A DNA stretch of 64,000 bases, taken from Antedon mediterranea. Lineage: Eukaryota > Animalia > Echinodermata. A model generated the notes under the pieces. It saw only the letters and a program-made list of their open reading frames with translations. It did not search any database and had not been told where the DNA came from. Within the stretch, counting starts at the first letter, position 1, and the number at the start of each line of letters is the position of its first letter. The stretch is taken from assembly GCF_964355755.1 (NCBI RefSeq), contig NC_092679.1, positions 21,993,432 through 22,057,431 of the forward strand, read 5' to 3'. Positions 1-14,365 of the stretch are shown here, in pieces. Made by a program: the position numbers and the translations under genes.

Positions 1-3000
1 CATATCACTACCATATTTAAGCATATCACTACCATATTTAAGCATGTCACTACCATATTTAAGCATGTCACTACCATATTTAAACATGTCATTACCATAT
101 TTGGTCACATCACACTTTTTGTCAGACTAGTTTGATAGTGTAAACAGAGCTTTCCCTGATGTTCAAATTTTAAAAATAATTAAATTGTTTCAAGTACTTA
201 TAATTTTAAAGTACCATTTAGTAGATCAAGAAAAGTAGATTGTTGACAGCCATAATGTGCGAAATTCAGCCTGTCTTGCACAATCTTACACAAATAAATT
301 TCATACCAAAATCTTGCACCACGTTTCAGTATCGTTTAATAGCAAACTTTTGTTTCGGGGCAGTAGATGAGGGAGTATGCATGCATATGACTAGTATTAG
401 TACACACTGTTTGGTTCATTAATTACAGTAAAGATTGCATTTACTGTAGGTAAAGTTAACATTTGCCCTACTGTTCCGCAACAGACGCTCGCTAATTTCT
501 ATCACTGTACCTACTGTACTACTAACTGTACCAATAACTGTACTGTAAAGGTATATTCCTGTATATTTAATATCAATCTACCATAGATTGTCTAAACAAC
601 CTCAGGGGGAGAAACAGTAATTTACATTCTTATTCTGTGTGTATTTCTCAGTAATTTAATGGTAATGATTTATTACCAGAAATCTAATAACAGTTTACGA
701 TGTTCTGATTTCATAGAAGAATATTAAAGTCAGAAAATTAAATTTAAGGGTATTTTTTCTAAGAATACATATGGATACCATACAGTTTCACATGTGGACA
801 ATTTACTACAGTATGGTCGGACATGAAATAATTTATAGACAATCGACCATTTTGTGTAGGCTACTTCACAGGGAACATTTTCGCCAGTGTAGCATACCAA
901 AAAGCTATACAAAACAACCTTATTGCTACACATTTTGAAAAGTATTCGTTTGGAAATTTAATCAATAACAGAAGTTGGAATAAACTGATTTTTTGTTTAT
1001 TTTTTTATAGAAATGTGTAGCAATAAGGTTGTTTAAATAGCTTTATGCTATGCTACACTGGTGAAATTATTCCCTGAAATATCTTTCAATTTTAAACTTT
1101 GGACTTGGTACTCTAAAATAAATTAAAATGATAAATTAAACGTTCAGAATATTTGAGTAAAATATGTAGAAGAGACTGAGAGAGGGCGGGTTTTATAAAA
1201 TAAAGTGCGCTGACTGTCGAAGATAGAAACAGGACAAATTGTATGAGACAGATTCTCCGGAAACTTTGAGGCAACTAAACTAACATGGCAAACCTCATTT
1301 TAATCATTTTAAAGTAGTAGCATCCTCAATTGGCCCAATTACTTATAAACCTGACAAATTGGTAATTAAATATGTTGTTAAAGACGTCTATAAAGGACAT
1401 TCCGGGTGACAGTCTAGAGGTAAGGGAAATTACCGAAGGAGAGGGTTTGTCCTGTATAGTAATTACTCTAGGATGTTTTGACCTCACTTCAATCAGAATG
1501 ACATCATAGGAAATTTTATAGGGGATAAATACCTTTGAATAAAATATGTAGTGCAGATGTTTTCCTTGCCTCCAGCTATTTTATGCCGGATTTGGCTAAA
1601 ATTGAATCCTCACAATTGATGTAATGTGATTAAAGAAATCCTGTTCTTTCTTCATTAATTTGTAGTTCACATTCGAGAAGTGTTTATGTTTTGAATTTAC
1701 CATGTGTTCTTGTTTCCTTTTATTTATTGATACAGATTGGAAGGAAGGGGCTTTTTAAAATGAGCCTGTCTCCCTCCTTCCTTGTACAGTTTTTTATACA
1801 TGTGGTTTTCTTTTAAAATGTACCGGATTTAATTATTACCAACAGTCAGGTTAGTGCAGGTTTTAGGATGGAGTGTATACAGTCTATAAAGTTGGTTTAT
1901 TAAAGCTTTGTCCACACTATCAAAGTTAATGTGACAAAAAATGTTGTCAAACTAGTTTGATAATGTAGACAAACCAACCCAGGTTCTACAGTAAATAACA
2001 TAATTGAATTAATTGTACTGGGATAATAATGTTCAGCGCCTAGAGGTTTCACAACATTAGGCGCTATATAAATCCAGGATATTATTATTATTAAAGCATT
2101 TTTTCGGGCAAAAACATGCCACCCACCTATCATCACTAGATCTCTGTGACCTATTTGAAAATCTTCCCCCATTTCAAATAAACATTTGATATTTGATGCT
2201 TGTGTGAAAATGAGAAAGTACTGTACAGTAATGGGAAATGGGTATGTCTCGTTTTCTTCTAATAGCCATCTCCACTGTCATCATACGGATCATCCTTTAC
2301 CCATGGTGGGCTTGTATCCGCATCTGATATTATTATCCTATCTTGCCTTCGTTCATCTGGCGAAGATTGTTTTGTCTTCTGTTTCTCCTTGGAATTTTTC
2401 ACCCTACTCGGTCACCTATTTTATGTTTTCCCATACTCATGTACAGTACTGTACTCTCATAGTCATAGATTTGTTCGAAAATGAAATTTGGGATATATAA
2501 AGCAAGATATATGTATCGTACCATACCTACTGTATGGTTTATTTCTGCTTACTAATTACATGTTTTAATGGATACCAGCATCAGTCAGTATCTACCGTGA
2601 TTATACACATTTTTGTGAGCTTTAAATAAAATGCTGGTAATGATTTGCAGCCGTTTTTTTTTTAGGTGGAGTTGTAAATGTAAGAGCTGACAAGAATAAA
2701 AAAAATATGATTTATTTGGTTATTTTAAATTTTTACTTTTCTTTGTAGCTTTTATTGTCTCCTTATTATGCCAAGCAAAATGAATTTCCATATTAAATGG
2801 GTTAATAGCATTTCTTGAATCTTGAATCCATGAAACATAAAAAATGATGTTTATCTCCAATTCAAGTTGTCTTGGCTAAAGGTTCAGTGTACTCATGTAC
2901 GGTAGCTTATCTAGTGTATTAGGAGGAAGTGTACTCCTTTTTCTGGTTCATTTTTAGTCATTTATCCCTTATTATAAATACACTTCACTTTGTAACCAAT

Positions 3001-3390
3001 TCTTTAATCCAAATTTCACTTCATTTATTCATCTCATTAATACATTAAAACATATACAAAGAAAAACCAAGAAACAAGAAATCTAAAAAGTGAACTTAAT
3101 CTACTATCAAGTGGTTTAAACAATTTAAAATGGAACACAATATAACATTGATAAATAAAAAATATGTCATCATTCACAATCAATGGTTTGTTTTAATTAT
3201 GTAAAGCTCTGTCTACACTATTAAACTAGTTTGACAAAAAGAATGTGATGTGCCCAAATGTGGTAGTGATATACCCAAATATGGTAGTGATGTGCCCAAA
3301 TGTGGTAGTGATATGCCCAAACATATATGACATCATGATGTCCATATATGTATGAAATAAAAATAATGTTTTTTCTCTTGTGTCTTACAG

Positions 3391-3948
3391 GTTTTGTAGC
3401 CAGTTTACTGAGTAAAAACAAAGAGACCGCTATCGAACAGTTACTCTCGCATCTTCCGTTGTTACAACCAGGAAACGTGGAAGCTAAAAAACAGTATTTA
3501 AATATCATCCCAAAAATACTTGCTCACTCACTAGAGGGCAGTATTCATCTTGATGAATGTCGACAGTTGTTATCGTATTTACTCATACACCCGGCTTTGT
3601 CAAACGACGAACGTGGATCGTTAACATACTGGTTGGGACGGTTGGACGAACATGCGAACGGACATGGCGTCTACCCACCGAGGATTTCTCCGGAGGGTTC
3701 ACCGTCTACGTCGCCGTATCAATCAAACGGTCACTATAATAACGAATCTAGGAATTTTATGCACGGGAGTAAAATAAATGGTTGGCGAGACTCTGGTATT
3801 GGCGAGACCACGTCGGGAACATTAAATAGTTATAGCAGCAGTGCTGGAAATAGCTTGACCCACCCTCCACTTACGTATACGGTGTCCGCTCCGCCAGCAG
3901 TTAACGTCCGTGTTAGTGGTCCACCTTCTACTTCGTCTATTCCTACAA
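3391..3948 (+). CDS. SAMD4: Smaug/SAMD4 homolog, first exon visible in the window (N-terminal Smaug-similarity region); earlier exon(s) lie upstream
   Basis: Acceptor ttacag|G at 3390 and donor GTATGT at 3949. Peptide LLSHLPLLQPGNVEAKKQYLNIIPKILAHSLEGSIHLDECRQLLSYLLIHPA resembles the SAMD4/Smaug N-terminal region. Phase 1 at both ends. Confidence 0.93.
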
Positions 3949-4027
3949 GTATGTACTTTATATTAAAAGATAATTTTACAATATTTTAATAAAATGATTT
4001 TTTTTTAGGTTTAGAAAATACAGTACT

Positions 4028-4302
4028 GTAGATCCCTATTATAAGTTTGAGTTCTGTATCTCAGTTCTGTATCGCCACATACAACAATATTTGCCCAGTA
4101 TCATAGGAATATTGGTAATACAGCTTCTCATGTATTACATGTCTCCTAGTATCATGTCCGACTGTATCATGTAAGGTTAAAGGTTATGGTTGATGATACT
4201 AGGTGATACTGTGAAACACATTTGATGCTGTATTATGATACTGGTGAAATCTACAGTAGATACAGTATCAAGAATTGGGTATCCCAAATTAAGGGATCTA
4301 CA
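4028..4302. mobile_element. Degenerate MITE-like inverted-repeat element; related fragments near 17310-17500 and 28250-28400
   Basis: Ends TGTAGATCCCT and AGGGATCTACA, with internal GTATCA/TGATAC dyads. Confidence 0.5.
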
Positions 4303-4332
4303 ATAGTCTATTAATTAAGTTGGTGACATATA

Positions 4333-5149
4333 CCGTATATTTCGGTGTATAAGTCGCACTTTTGACACGCAAATTTGACCTCTAAATTAAGGGTGCGTCT
4401 TATACACCGAACATATTGTGCCTCACCACACAGATTGTACATAGGCCTAAGGCTAGGCCTAGGCTATCGTCACCTCGTTTGCTAGGCCTGAGTAGGCTAG
4501 GCCTAGCTAAAGTAACTAACTAACGTAACGGCAACCTGCTTCTGCCTAGTTTTCAAGGCATTTTAGCATGATGTTATACTAAAAATATGATGAAAAGATT
4601 TGTTGATTATGGCGATTAAATTTCCTTTGTAAACGTTTACGTCGTACGATTGGAATAGTATTTATTTATACAGTAGTTATACGCACGATCGCCGTACCCC
4701 CAGCGCAAGCCCTTCTTTGGCGGCCACATGGTGTACGGTATTCGACTAGTATATTCTCCAGGTGATTATAGCATGGACCTAGCGTACACACTTCTCGGAT
4801 ACATAGATACTAATCGAATACGATTGTCCGTGAAAACGTCTGCCCTCTCGAAATGATCGAGCGAGGCTAGTCCACATACGTGTTACACACATGGTTATGC
4901 ACTCGATGTTGCGGCTGTTGAGGCTGGGCGCGGCCGAGCCTAGGTAAGAAAAACCTAAATAAAGGACGCCGTTGCAGATATAACAAAATATATTATTACA
5001 ATAATATTGATTACAATTTAAAAAAACATTGTTTTGATGAAATATAAGGTGCGTCTTATACACCGACGATATAAAAAATACCGATATTTTACTCTCAGTT
5101 AGGGGGTGCGTCTTATACACAGGTGCGACTTATATACCGAAATATATGG
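4333..5149. mobile_element. Tc2/pogo-like (Tc1-mariner superfamily) MITE
   Basis: TIRs CCGTATATTTCGGTGTATAAGTCGCAC and GTGCGACTTATATACCGAAATATATGG, flanked by TA, with subterminal GTGCGTCTTATACAC repeats. Confidence 0.9.
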
Positions 5150-5969
5150 TAATACATTTTGAAGTACTGTATGGTATATTAATATTTATTTACAGCATTG
5201 TTTTTAAAAAATTAGTTGGACGTTACAAACAGAAAATTAAATATTTTTGGGAGCAAGTTAAACTTTAGGCCATCCAATAACTATAACTAGTTCCTGTTTT
5301 TTTTTCCCTGTCACCTGCCATTAAACCCATGCATGTTGATTTTAACGATTCTTGACTATAGCTTTTTTGCATACAAAATATTATAAATTGTAGACAAAAT
5401 GATAATATTATTAACAAACATAATTTTATTTTTTTTATATATTGTAGACAAAATGATTAATTATTAATTAACAGACATAGTATTATTGTTAATTACAATA
5501 TTTTCTTTCAAGGTGAATTTTACCATTACCAAAACACAAAATTTTTGTATTTCAATTTTAATATACAATAATAATTCACCTAGAGGTAGATACATCAATT
5601 GCTTCGGTGAATTTGTTAGTGATAGTGAAACGCATAATTAAACTATAAATACCACTAATATGTGTTTAATTTGTACTTGGAAATTCCAAAAATAGAACTT
5701 AAAAATAGAATATAATGGATCTGGAATTATATTATGAGAAATCACAAATTCTTTTCCAAGAAAATGTTATTTTGCCCACAAATTAAATCTATTCTATCAA
5801 TGTTTGATGTAGTATTGTTATTCTTAACTAAATAAAATATAAATTTATTGTAATCCCCCTTTGAATAGATGTTTTTGAGACCATGCATAAATTAATTTGT
5901 AAAAGATGGTAGCCTTTCTGTAACATAATTGTACAAGTACATTTGATATACTATAATATGCTATTAATT

Positions 5970-6042
5970 CTCTGTTGGGACTCGAACCCATGACCTCCAG
6001 ATCACTAGCCTGGGCCGTTCATACCTTTAGACCACCGAGCTT
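5970..6042 (-). mobile_element. tRNA-derived SINE head or tRNA-like pseudogene
   Basis: The minus strand has an A-box-like TGGTCTAAAGG and a B-box GGTTCGAGTCC. No clean acceptor stem is evident. Confidence 0.6.
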
Positions 6043-6243
6043 GCACTGATGGCTATACAATAGGTTAGATTCTAGCCCAATATATCATAGGGAAATCTGT
6101 GAGAATGAGAAAAAGCTGCCCTCCACCGAGATTCAAACTCAGAACCAGAAATTTTAAACAGCCTGGTGATGTAGTATATTATGGCAGACGTATGTTGTAA
6201 ACGACAAATACGCAATATTAATTAATATGTTATTCTGTTTCAG

Positions 6244-6540
6244 CCGGATCCACAACAACTTTGAATATTCCGCAAAAAAATAATCGCCGGAATTCACTAA
6301 CTCCTCCCGACACATTGGTGCAATCGTCCTTATCAACGCAAGACTGGTACTCGCATGAAGACCTTGATACACGAGGTAGTAGATCGTTACCCTTGCCTTC
6401 ACAATCTAATGAGCATGCTCCGTTGTCTCCTCAAAGTAGCACGGCGTCGTCGGGTAGTAGCACCGAGGCACACAACGAGGACGGTAGCATGCAACCGTTG
6501 CAAAAGTGTACTTTTCGCGAGGAGGGCAGCGGGATGAAGG
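6244..6540 (+). CDS. SAMD4: Smaug/SAMD4 exon (Ser-rich linker leading into the SAM domain)
   Basis: tttcag| acceptor and GTGAGT donor. Encodes RRNSLTPP, EHAPLSPQSSTASSGS and TFREEGSGMK, typical of SAMD4 just before the SAM domain. Phase matches both neighbours. Confidence 0.93.
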
Positions 6541-8424
6541 GTGAGTATCCTAACACAAGAAACGTTGATTAACAGCACGTAGTAAAATTGGATAACTTGA
6601 TTTCAATCATGCATGGAAACATTTGAGTTTGCTTTTATAGTCTGGAATTAGGCTAACCATAATCATTCACTGTTGGCTATGCTTATTGGCCTTTCTCATG
6701 TTCACCTACTATGAATAACTGTACAAATTAAGTAAGGGTGCAACCAATGTATTTGATAGTCTCCATATAAAAATGTGAAGATACTTTAGATGATGTTTTG
6801 TATACTTCTATTTTCCACAGAGAGCCTATTTCTCTTTTTGTCCTATAGTACTGTATCTTGTCATCTTCAAGTGTAGGCCTACAGTATATATTTATTTGAA
6901 TTCTTTTTTTTTTTTCAATTTTCAGTTGTTGTGATTGGGTTCTTTTTGTAGCGAGTCATTTGACGGTGTTTCCTATTTTAAATTTGTTCTCACAAAATGT
7001 TTAGTTCTTTTACCATGTACTGTACTGTACTATTGAGGATGAGATTATATCCCAGAGTGGGCATATACAGTACTTGAATCAGTAAAGTCAAGTTTGTCGG
7101 TTTTTCTTATAAGCTTTTTTTAACAAATACAATAAAATTGCAAGTGAAAGTTATAAATATTACATCAGAAATTAACTTTGTATTAAGGTCAAATATTATA
7201 GTGTTTATTGTGTGTGAAAATGCTTTTAAAATGTGTTTCTCTAGACACGTTGATAAATACCTTTTCTAATTTTACCAAGGTTACTACATTGCTTTTACAA
7301 ATAACAGACAGAGTTGAAAATGAACCCATATTAATAGTTACCAATTACTGTCGGTGTCATGTCATTGTACCATCCTATTGTAATTGAAAGACAAAATCAA
7401 TTTTCCAAGTTTGAAATTTTAATTTGATTTATCAATGAATTTATAAGTTTAACACTGTCCCTGTTGTTAATTCAATGTATAATAATAATAATAATTAAAA
7501 GTTTCAAATTTGAAACTGTCCCTTTAATTTAATATATCAATGAATATTTAAGTTTGAAAATGTCCCTTTAATTTAAATAAACAAATGTTCCAAATTTAAA
7601 ACTGTTCTTTTAATTTAATTTTATTTATGAATTTCTGAGTTTGAAACTGTCCCTTTAATTCAATGTATAATAATAATCAAAAGTTTCAAGTTTGAAACTG
7701 TTCCTTTAATGTATAATCAATGAATGTTCCAATATATACAGTAAAGTGCTTGAATGTTTTTAAATATTTTATCAATATATAAATCACAAAGAAAACCCGT
7801 TACAGCCTTATTGTCTATATTGAGGAAAAAAAAAAGATTAATGCATTTTATTTTTACACAATCAATCGCATAGTGAGTGTTTACAATATAGATTATTTCT
7901 AACCACAGTATATCATTACATCGTCGTGTATGAGATAGATTAGTAATTTAAAATTTAATCTTCTGATTATGATAGCTTTTATATAACTGCAGTTTCCGCC
8001 TTTGATCTCTAAATGCATAGGATACCTTGTTAATTAACTGAGATTGCATAACAGCTACTCAGTTTTACCCGAGTGGCTATAGTACAAATGATATTATTAT
8101 TGTAATTACGGAGTAGCAATTATTACTTCTTGGTTGGATAAGTAATTTAAAATTTTGTACAAACAACATCATCAAAATTTATTTATGAATAATTTGGTGG
8201 TCAGAGATTTTTTCGTTGGAGGTATGTTTCTGCCAATATAATTGAATAATAATAATAATAATTGATATCCAATATTTTACATAACCTGGCAACAATTCAG
8301 AAACAAACTTTGGAAGTGTTTTTAGGTGCTAAATTGGTGCCTTAGGCAATTTATGGTTGATGACAAACCAAATTTAGAACAGAAGACGAGAAACGAGTAT
8401 GAACTGTCGCAAATTGACATAAAG

Positions 8425-9130
8425 CTAATGCTTGATCATGTGTATAACTGTGCATGAATGAATAGGCAGAATAACAAGATCAACACCATGCGACATGAAG
8501 CATCATGAAAAAGTTAATCATGATGAAAGATCTGAATGTGAACCTTGTTATAATGCTTGATCATGTTTAACTTTGCATGAACATGCTTAAAGTATATCAA
8601 GATCAACAGTACTGCAGGTTCACATAAAGCATCATGAGTAAGTTAATCATGATGAAAGATCTGAATGTGAACCTTGTTATAATGCTTGATCATGTTTAAC
8701 TTTGCATGAACATGCTTAAACAATATCAAGATCAACAGTACTGCAGGTTCACATGAAGTAAATTCATCATGATGAAATCTGAATGTGAACCCAGCTAATG
8801 CTTGATCATAACTTTGCATGAATGAACATGCTTAAAGAATATCAAGATGAACAGTTTTGGCAGGTTCACATTAAGCATCATGAATAAGTTGATCATGATG
8901 AAATCTGAATGTGAACCATTCTAATGCTCGATCATGTTTAACTTTGCATTAATGAACTTGCTTTAAAAAATACAGTAACAAGACCAACACTACCATAGGT
9001 CCATGCATGAAGTAAATTGATCATGATGGAATCAAAGCTAATCATGATAAATCAAAGCTAATCATTTGTAACAAATAAGTTCAATGAAGCATCATAAGTT
9101 GATCATGATGAAATCTGGATGTGAACCTAT
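8425..9130. repeat. About 125-bp degenerate tandem repeat, ~5 copies
   Basis: AATGCTTGATCATGTTTAACTTTGCATGAA...CATGATGAAATCTGAATGTGAACC recurs. Confidence 0.85.
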
Positions 9131-10403
9131 CTAGTAGGCCTAAATATCAAATAATCATTATTATTATTACAACTACAAATTGTTTCTTGAAATCACACTT
9201 TGAAATGGCTTGATTCCAAAAGTTCTAACATTACCAACTTCCGCTCCCTAACACAAACTTCCGACAACACTTGGCCTCCATTCAGAATTTTATTTGTGTC
9301 CTTCACAAATAGTTCTTATTTTTGAAGAAAATGTACAAATTTGATGATGATCCAAGAATCTATTTATTAAACATATACTAATTTTTGATAGCGACCTTAA
9401 AGATTGTGGTTTGATTGAGCCAAGTTCATTCCTGTTTAGTCTGGTATTATAAAGCTTAACTTTTGTCAGAACATTATCAGAAGATTCTAGAATGTATTTC
9501 CGGCTAGTTACTGTATTATGACGCGAAGGAGGTTTCCGAATGTCAAATGTGGGGCGGAGGAGGGGTGAGGATGATTTTGATTATGTAGAACGGACCATTA
9601 AAATGACCTTTTCAAGGGGAAGAACTGCTAAACAAAATGCTGAATTTCACCTTTGTTCTATCTTTGTTTTGATAAAATTGAGTGATGGAGGGAAAAATGT
9701 TATATTCTTGGCTATGAAGTTGTATCCTATTCTTTAATGCATTTTATATTGATGATGTGTGTACCATTAAAGGACACATTGTACTAATCTTAAGCCTCAA
9801 TTTTCCGGAAGCCGTTTTCCTGCCAAAACAATGTATTTTCCCCCATCCACATGTTGATTTTCATGCCAAACATAAATAGACTACAGTAGGTGTGTTTGAA
9901 AATGATTTGAATATCTTTTCTGGATAGCTACAATGATGGGATAGGAACCGTCAGGTCAAGGGTTTAAAACTTTGTTGTAGTTAAATAAGTTAAATTTGCC
10001 TAATTAGGATGAGAATCTTAACACTTTACTTTTGAACCAATCAGGTAGAGAATTAATAAACCTAAAATAGTTATTATATTCAGTATTTATTGTTTATTTG
10101 TTTATTTTTTAATTCTGTTATTGTATAAATTTTATCATTTCAAATATTTACTGATTCACTTTAGAAATTAGTATATTATTGTATTGAAAGAAACAAAAGT
10201 ATTTCACTGTTGTGAGCACTGTTGTTATTTCCAGTTTTTGGACAAAAAAGGAATTTTTTTATAATTTGTTTGTATCTTGCATGAATACCGCTTTTTCAAA
10301 ATAGATATATGTTTACTGTAGCATTGCTATTTTATTTTTGTTACAGTATATCCCATAACAAGATTAGTATTAAATTGTTTTTACCTACATTTGTTTTTTT
10401 CAG

Positions 10404-10513
10404 ATGTACCAAGTTGGTTGAAAACTTTGAGACTACATAAATATTCTTGTATCTTTCAACAATTAACCTACCAAGATATGTTAGATCTCACAGAGGAACA
10501 ACTTGAGGCGATG
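10404..10513 (+). CDS. SAMD4: Smaug/SAMD4 exon, SAM RNA-binding domain first half
   Basis: Hand translation gives DVPSWLKTLRLHKYSCIFQQLTYQDMLDLTEEQLEAM, containing the diagnostic WLKxLRLHKY Smaug/Vts1 SAM motif. cag acceptor and GTATGT donor. Confidence 0.96.
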
Positions 10514-11240
10514 GTATGTTATCAATAGTTTTGTCATTATCATTGAATGTTATTTCTAAGCTTTGTTTTTTTTGCTGATATCATATTAATTATCATTCAC
10601 AACATCAAAGTTACTTTGAGAATTCCCATCAATGTTTTTGTGAAAATTTCATTTCATTCAATTTACAAACACAAAACAGGTACAAGAAAACAATACTAAC
10701 TGAATGAACTGGCGATAACCCAAGAAAGTTTAATAAATAATATATAATAATAAAAAAAATTCTATTCGGGTCCCCAAAATCAATTCAGTTTCCAAAATGT
10801 TTACAAGGGAGCTCTTTTTCTGTAAAAGGTAAAGCTACTGCTTACAGTATCTCTTGTTTAAAAAAGGCACTTTGTGAAAAGGGGTTTTCTATCGAACCCT
10901 ACTAACATTTTTTTACAAGAAGATTTCCAGTTTCCCAAGTCTTATTTGGACCATCTTCTTTTTCTGGAAAATGTATTTTTATTGTTATTTGTCTTTAACT
11001 ATTACAATAATGTTAATCTTAGTTAGAGTCTCTTTAATTTTAACAGAATACAGTAAATGTCTTTTGTAGAATATAGTAAAACTTTTGTATAATCATTGTT
11101 GTCTTTGCATTTAATCAGAAACTTTGAGTTTGGTCAAGGAGTTGAAGATGACCAAACTGAACTTGCAGTTCCTTGGTGAATTTGTTAGCTTGAAAAATCC
11201 TGAGATAGACATTTTAGCAATCTTCTCTTTGATCCATAGT

Positions 11241-11894
11241 TTTATTTACCTCCGCCAAGGAGGTATATGTAATCGGTAGCGTGTGTTTGTTTGTTTGTTT
11301 GTTTGTTAGCAGGATTACTCAAAAAGTAATTACAAGATCTTTAGCAAAATGAATAGAGAGATAGATATGTGGTCAAGGACCATTCCATTAAATTTTGGGA
11401 CCACAGTCCCAATTCTGGACCACTTTTTAGTATACTTTTTTAGACCTGCTAGTGTTAAAAGATAGGCCGGCGAGCAGTCTTAAAGTAACAAGTAAACTGA
11501 AATTGCATTTTCTCGAACTACTTGTCCAAAAAACTTAATTTTTGAACAAGAGGCAAGAGTTATAATTTGTGATTTGTAATTTTAAAACATAATTTGATTG
11601 AATGTGCACATTTTTTGATGCAAGTAGTTTAAAAAACCTATTTCTTTTCACTCGTTTGCTTTTCGCGTTGCTGTTCTATTGTTAGTCAACTGAAGCTATT
11701 GTTAACTGAAAGGCTTGTTACATAACCATTACACCAAACTTGCATACACATGCTTGTAATGAAATTAGCCTAAATCACAAACAGCATTAAGACACACACA
11801 AATATATATATATATTTTTTTTACCGGAGAAATCTGATGTAGGAGAATTTTACAGTAGGCGGAGGTATGCCCTCTCGGAGTGGCTTTCTAGTTT
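11241..11894 (+). mobile_element. Helentron-associated (HINE/DINE-1-like) non-autonomous element
   Basis: Subterminal inverted repeats ACCTCCGCC (11248) and GGCGGAGGT (11858), a (GTTT)n microsatellite near the 5' end, and a short 3' hairpin followed by CTAGT in a T-rich site. Confidence 0.78.
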
Positions 11895-12890
11895 TAAATT
11901 GTAGTAGTTTTTTCTCTATTCGTCATTCTACCTTTTTTTCAACCCCTTTTTCAGTATTTTGTTTAATTGTTGAACAGATTCAAGTTTCTCATTTAAATTT
12001 TTTTTTAAATTTCCCAAAATTGAGTTTTTTTATAACCATTTCTTTGCTTTTAAATAAGTAGGCAGTTTGTTTTTCCAACCGATGTTTAATTAAGAGACAT
12101 TCAGGCAATATTGTTTAGGTTAATTATGATGAGTTACTTACGTAAATGACGTCACTCAAATACTATTATAAAATGTGTGTAGGTTTTAATGCCTTGTTTA
12201 TGTTGACTTTACCTAGCAAAACATTGTTATTTACAGCTGATTTCATTTCATTTCATTTATTTTGTCTCACATATAACAAAAAATAACAAACAATGTTGTT
12301 GCTGCATTATTAATATCATACTTTTCCTAATTGACTCGAATTTTGGTTTATTATTTATGATTCTCGAAAAAAATTTATGTTAAAGATTGTTTTTAATGTT
12401 GTTGAATATGTCATATTAGTTATTCACCTTGACTAAAACTTAGATCAAAGAAATCTTTCCTGGAAAAACTGTAATTTAAAGCAATAAAATTAAAAAAAGA
12501 AATTCATGATGCTTGTTGTGTTTCTCTGCTGTTATAAAATATCAAATATAAGTGAGGTTATTATTAATGTTGTTTTAAATTTGAATCTATTCTGTAAATA
12601 CAAGATGTTTGTTTGGAGTCTTTGTGATTACAAGTCCCAATAGATCCTGTATCGCTATAAAAAATAAAGTGTTTACAGTTTCTAGTGACAGATCCGTTAA
12701 CAAATTAAAATTGATGAGAATCTGCCATTCGTATTGTTATTTGAAGGAATTAGTTTTACATATTGTTTCCTATGCTATTGTTTTAATTCATTTACACTAA
12801 GTGTTTGCTTAATGCGTGATGCCCTTTTTAACTTGTTTTTGTTTTATCCAATTAGTTGTACACTATGTTTTAACTTTGATATTTAAACTA

Positions 12891-13652
12891 CAGTCGACTC
12901 CGCCTAAGTCGAATTCGCGTAAGTCGAAAAATCGCGAAAGTCGAATTTTTTGGAAAGTCCCAATTCTTTCCTATATATTACTGTGTAATTTTTATTTGTA
13001 AGTCGAATTTTTCTAAGTCGAAATTCGTCTAAGTCGATGTCTTTTTGCGGTCCGAATACACACATTCTTTAGTGATTTATATCGTATAAGTCGAAGTCAC
13101 AAATTACGCGGCAACAACGCGCTAAAAAAGCCGATGAAACAAACAACAGAGGGGATAATGTGGGACCATATCGGTTCTCTCAAGCAGGTTGTATAGTATA
13201 GGCGGCGTCCTACAACTCGCGCTAGTGTATAGTGTATGACTTGTTTCAGAGTTGAGAACTTGAGCGGCGTTTTGTGGGTACCTATTTTGTGCTAGACTGA
13301 TGGCAATAAACAATGGATACCGATTTCGAATAAAAACCGAAATGTATTTATTATACGTTTTTGTATTGTTTCGGGCTTAAACCATAAAAGAAAATACAGT
13401 TTATCATTGCCGATAAAGAGGCTTAGCATTTATTAGGCCTAGCTAGCTAGCTAGCTAAGCAAACTCAATTCAAGAAGGCTCATCGCGTGGGCCGCGATTG
13501 CGACAGGGCAGGGTCCACTAGGCCTAGCCATAGCGCGGCTAGTGAGTGAACCTAGGCCTAGCATTTTTTTTTGGCAAATCTGTAAGTCGAAGTTCGCGTA
13601 ACTCGAATTTTTATACCGGTCCCATTAGATTCGACTTAGGCGGAGTCGACTG
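12891..13652. mobile_element. Tigger/pogo-like MITE
   Basis: TIRs CAGTCGACTCCGCCTAAGTCGAAT and ATTCGACTTAGGCGGAGTCGACTG, TA TSD, and many subterminal TAAGTCGA repeats. Confidence 0.93.
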
Positions 13653-14091
13653 TATTTCTAAAAAAATGTAGAACTTTTTTTAAGGGTACCTGTTTAGGAC
13701 CCCCAAAAGGCGTCCCCCTTTTTAACTTGATTTGGTTTTATCCGATTAGTTGTACATTATGTTTTAACTTTGATATTTAAACTATTTCTAAAAAAAATTA
13801 AAATTAAATATATATCAAGGGTACCCCTTTGGGACTGTATGTTTTAACTTTGATATTTAAACTAATTATGAAAAAATAATATTTAATTATATGTGGTAGA
13901 ACCTTTATTAAGGGGATCCCTTTGGGATCCCCCAAAAAATGTCCTCCTCCTCCTCCGAGTGTCCTCCTGTGAGTAGGAGTTCACCATATTGTTGAAACAT
14001 ATATTTCTTGTTTGTTTCATGGGAAAGTGTCCCCATTAAATAGTGTCCCAAGGGACTGGTTCCACTGTAATACAGTTAAATTGTAAGCAAC

Positions 14092-14365
14092 GAAACTAAA
14101 CATATAGCTAATTAGCATAAAACTATAAATATATAGCTAATTAGCATAAAACTAAACATATAGCTAATTAGCATTAAACTAAACATATAGCTAATTAGCA
14201 TAAAACTGAACATATAGCTAATTAGCATAAAACTGAACATATAGCTAATTAACATAAGACTAAACTGTAGCTAATTAGCATAAAACTAAACATCAACTAA
14301 TTAGCATTAAACTAAATATCAGCAAATAACATACAATTAAACATTAGCTAATTAGCATAAATTAA
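14092..14365. repeat. About 27-bp minisatellite with GCTAATTAGC palindrome
   Basis: AAACTAAACATATAGCTAATTAGCATA in about 10 copies. Confidence 0.88.

Noticed and set aside
5970-6042. Possible functional tRNA gene
   Set aside because: A and B boxes are present but a full cloverleaf with acceptor stem could not be drawn, so it is treated as a SINE head. tRNAscan-SE would decide.
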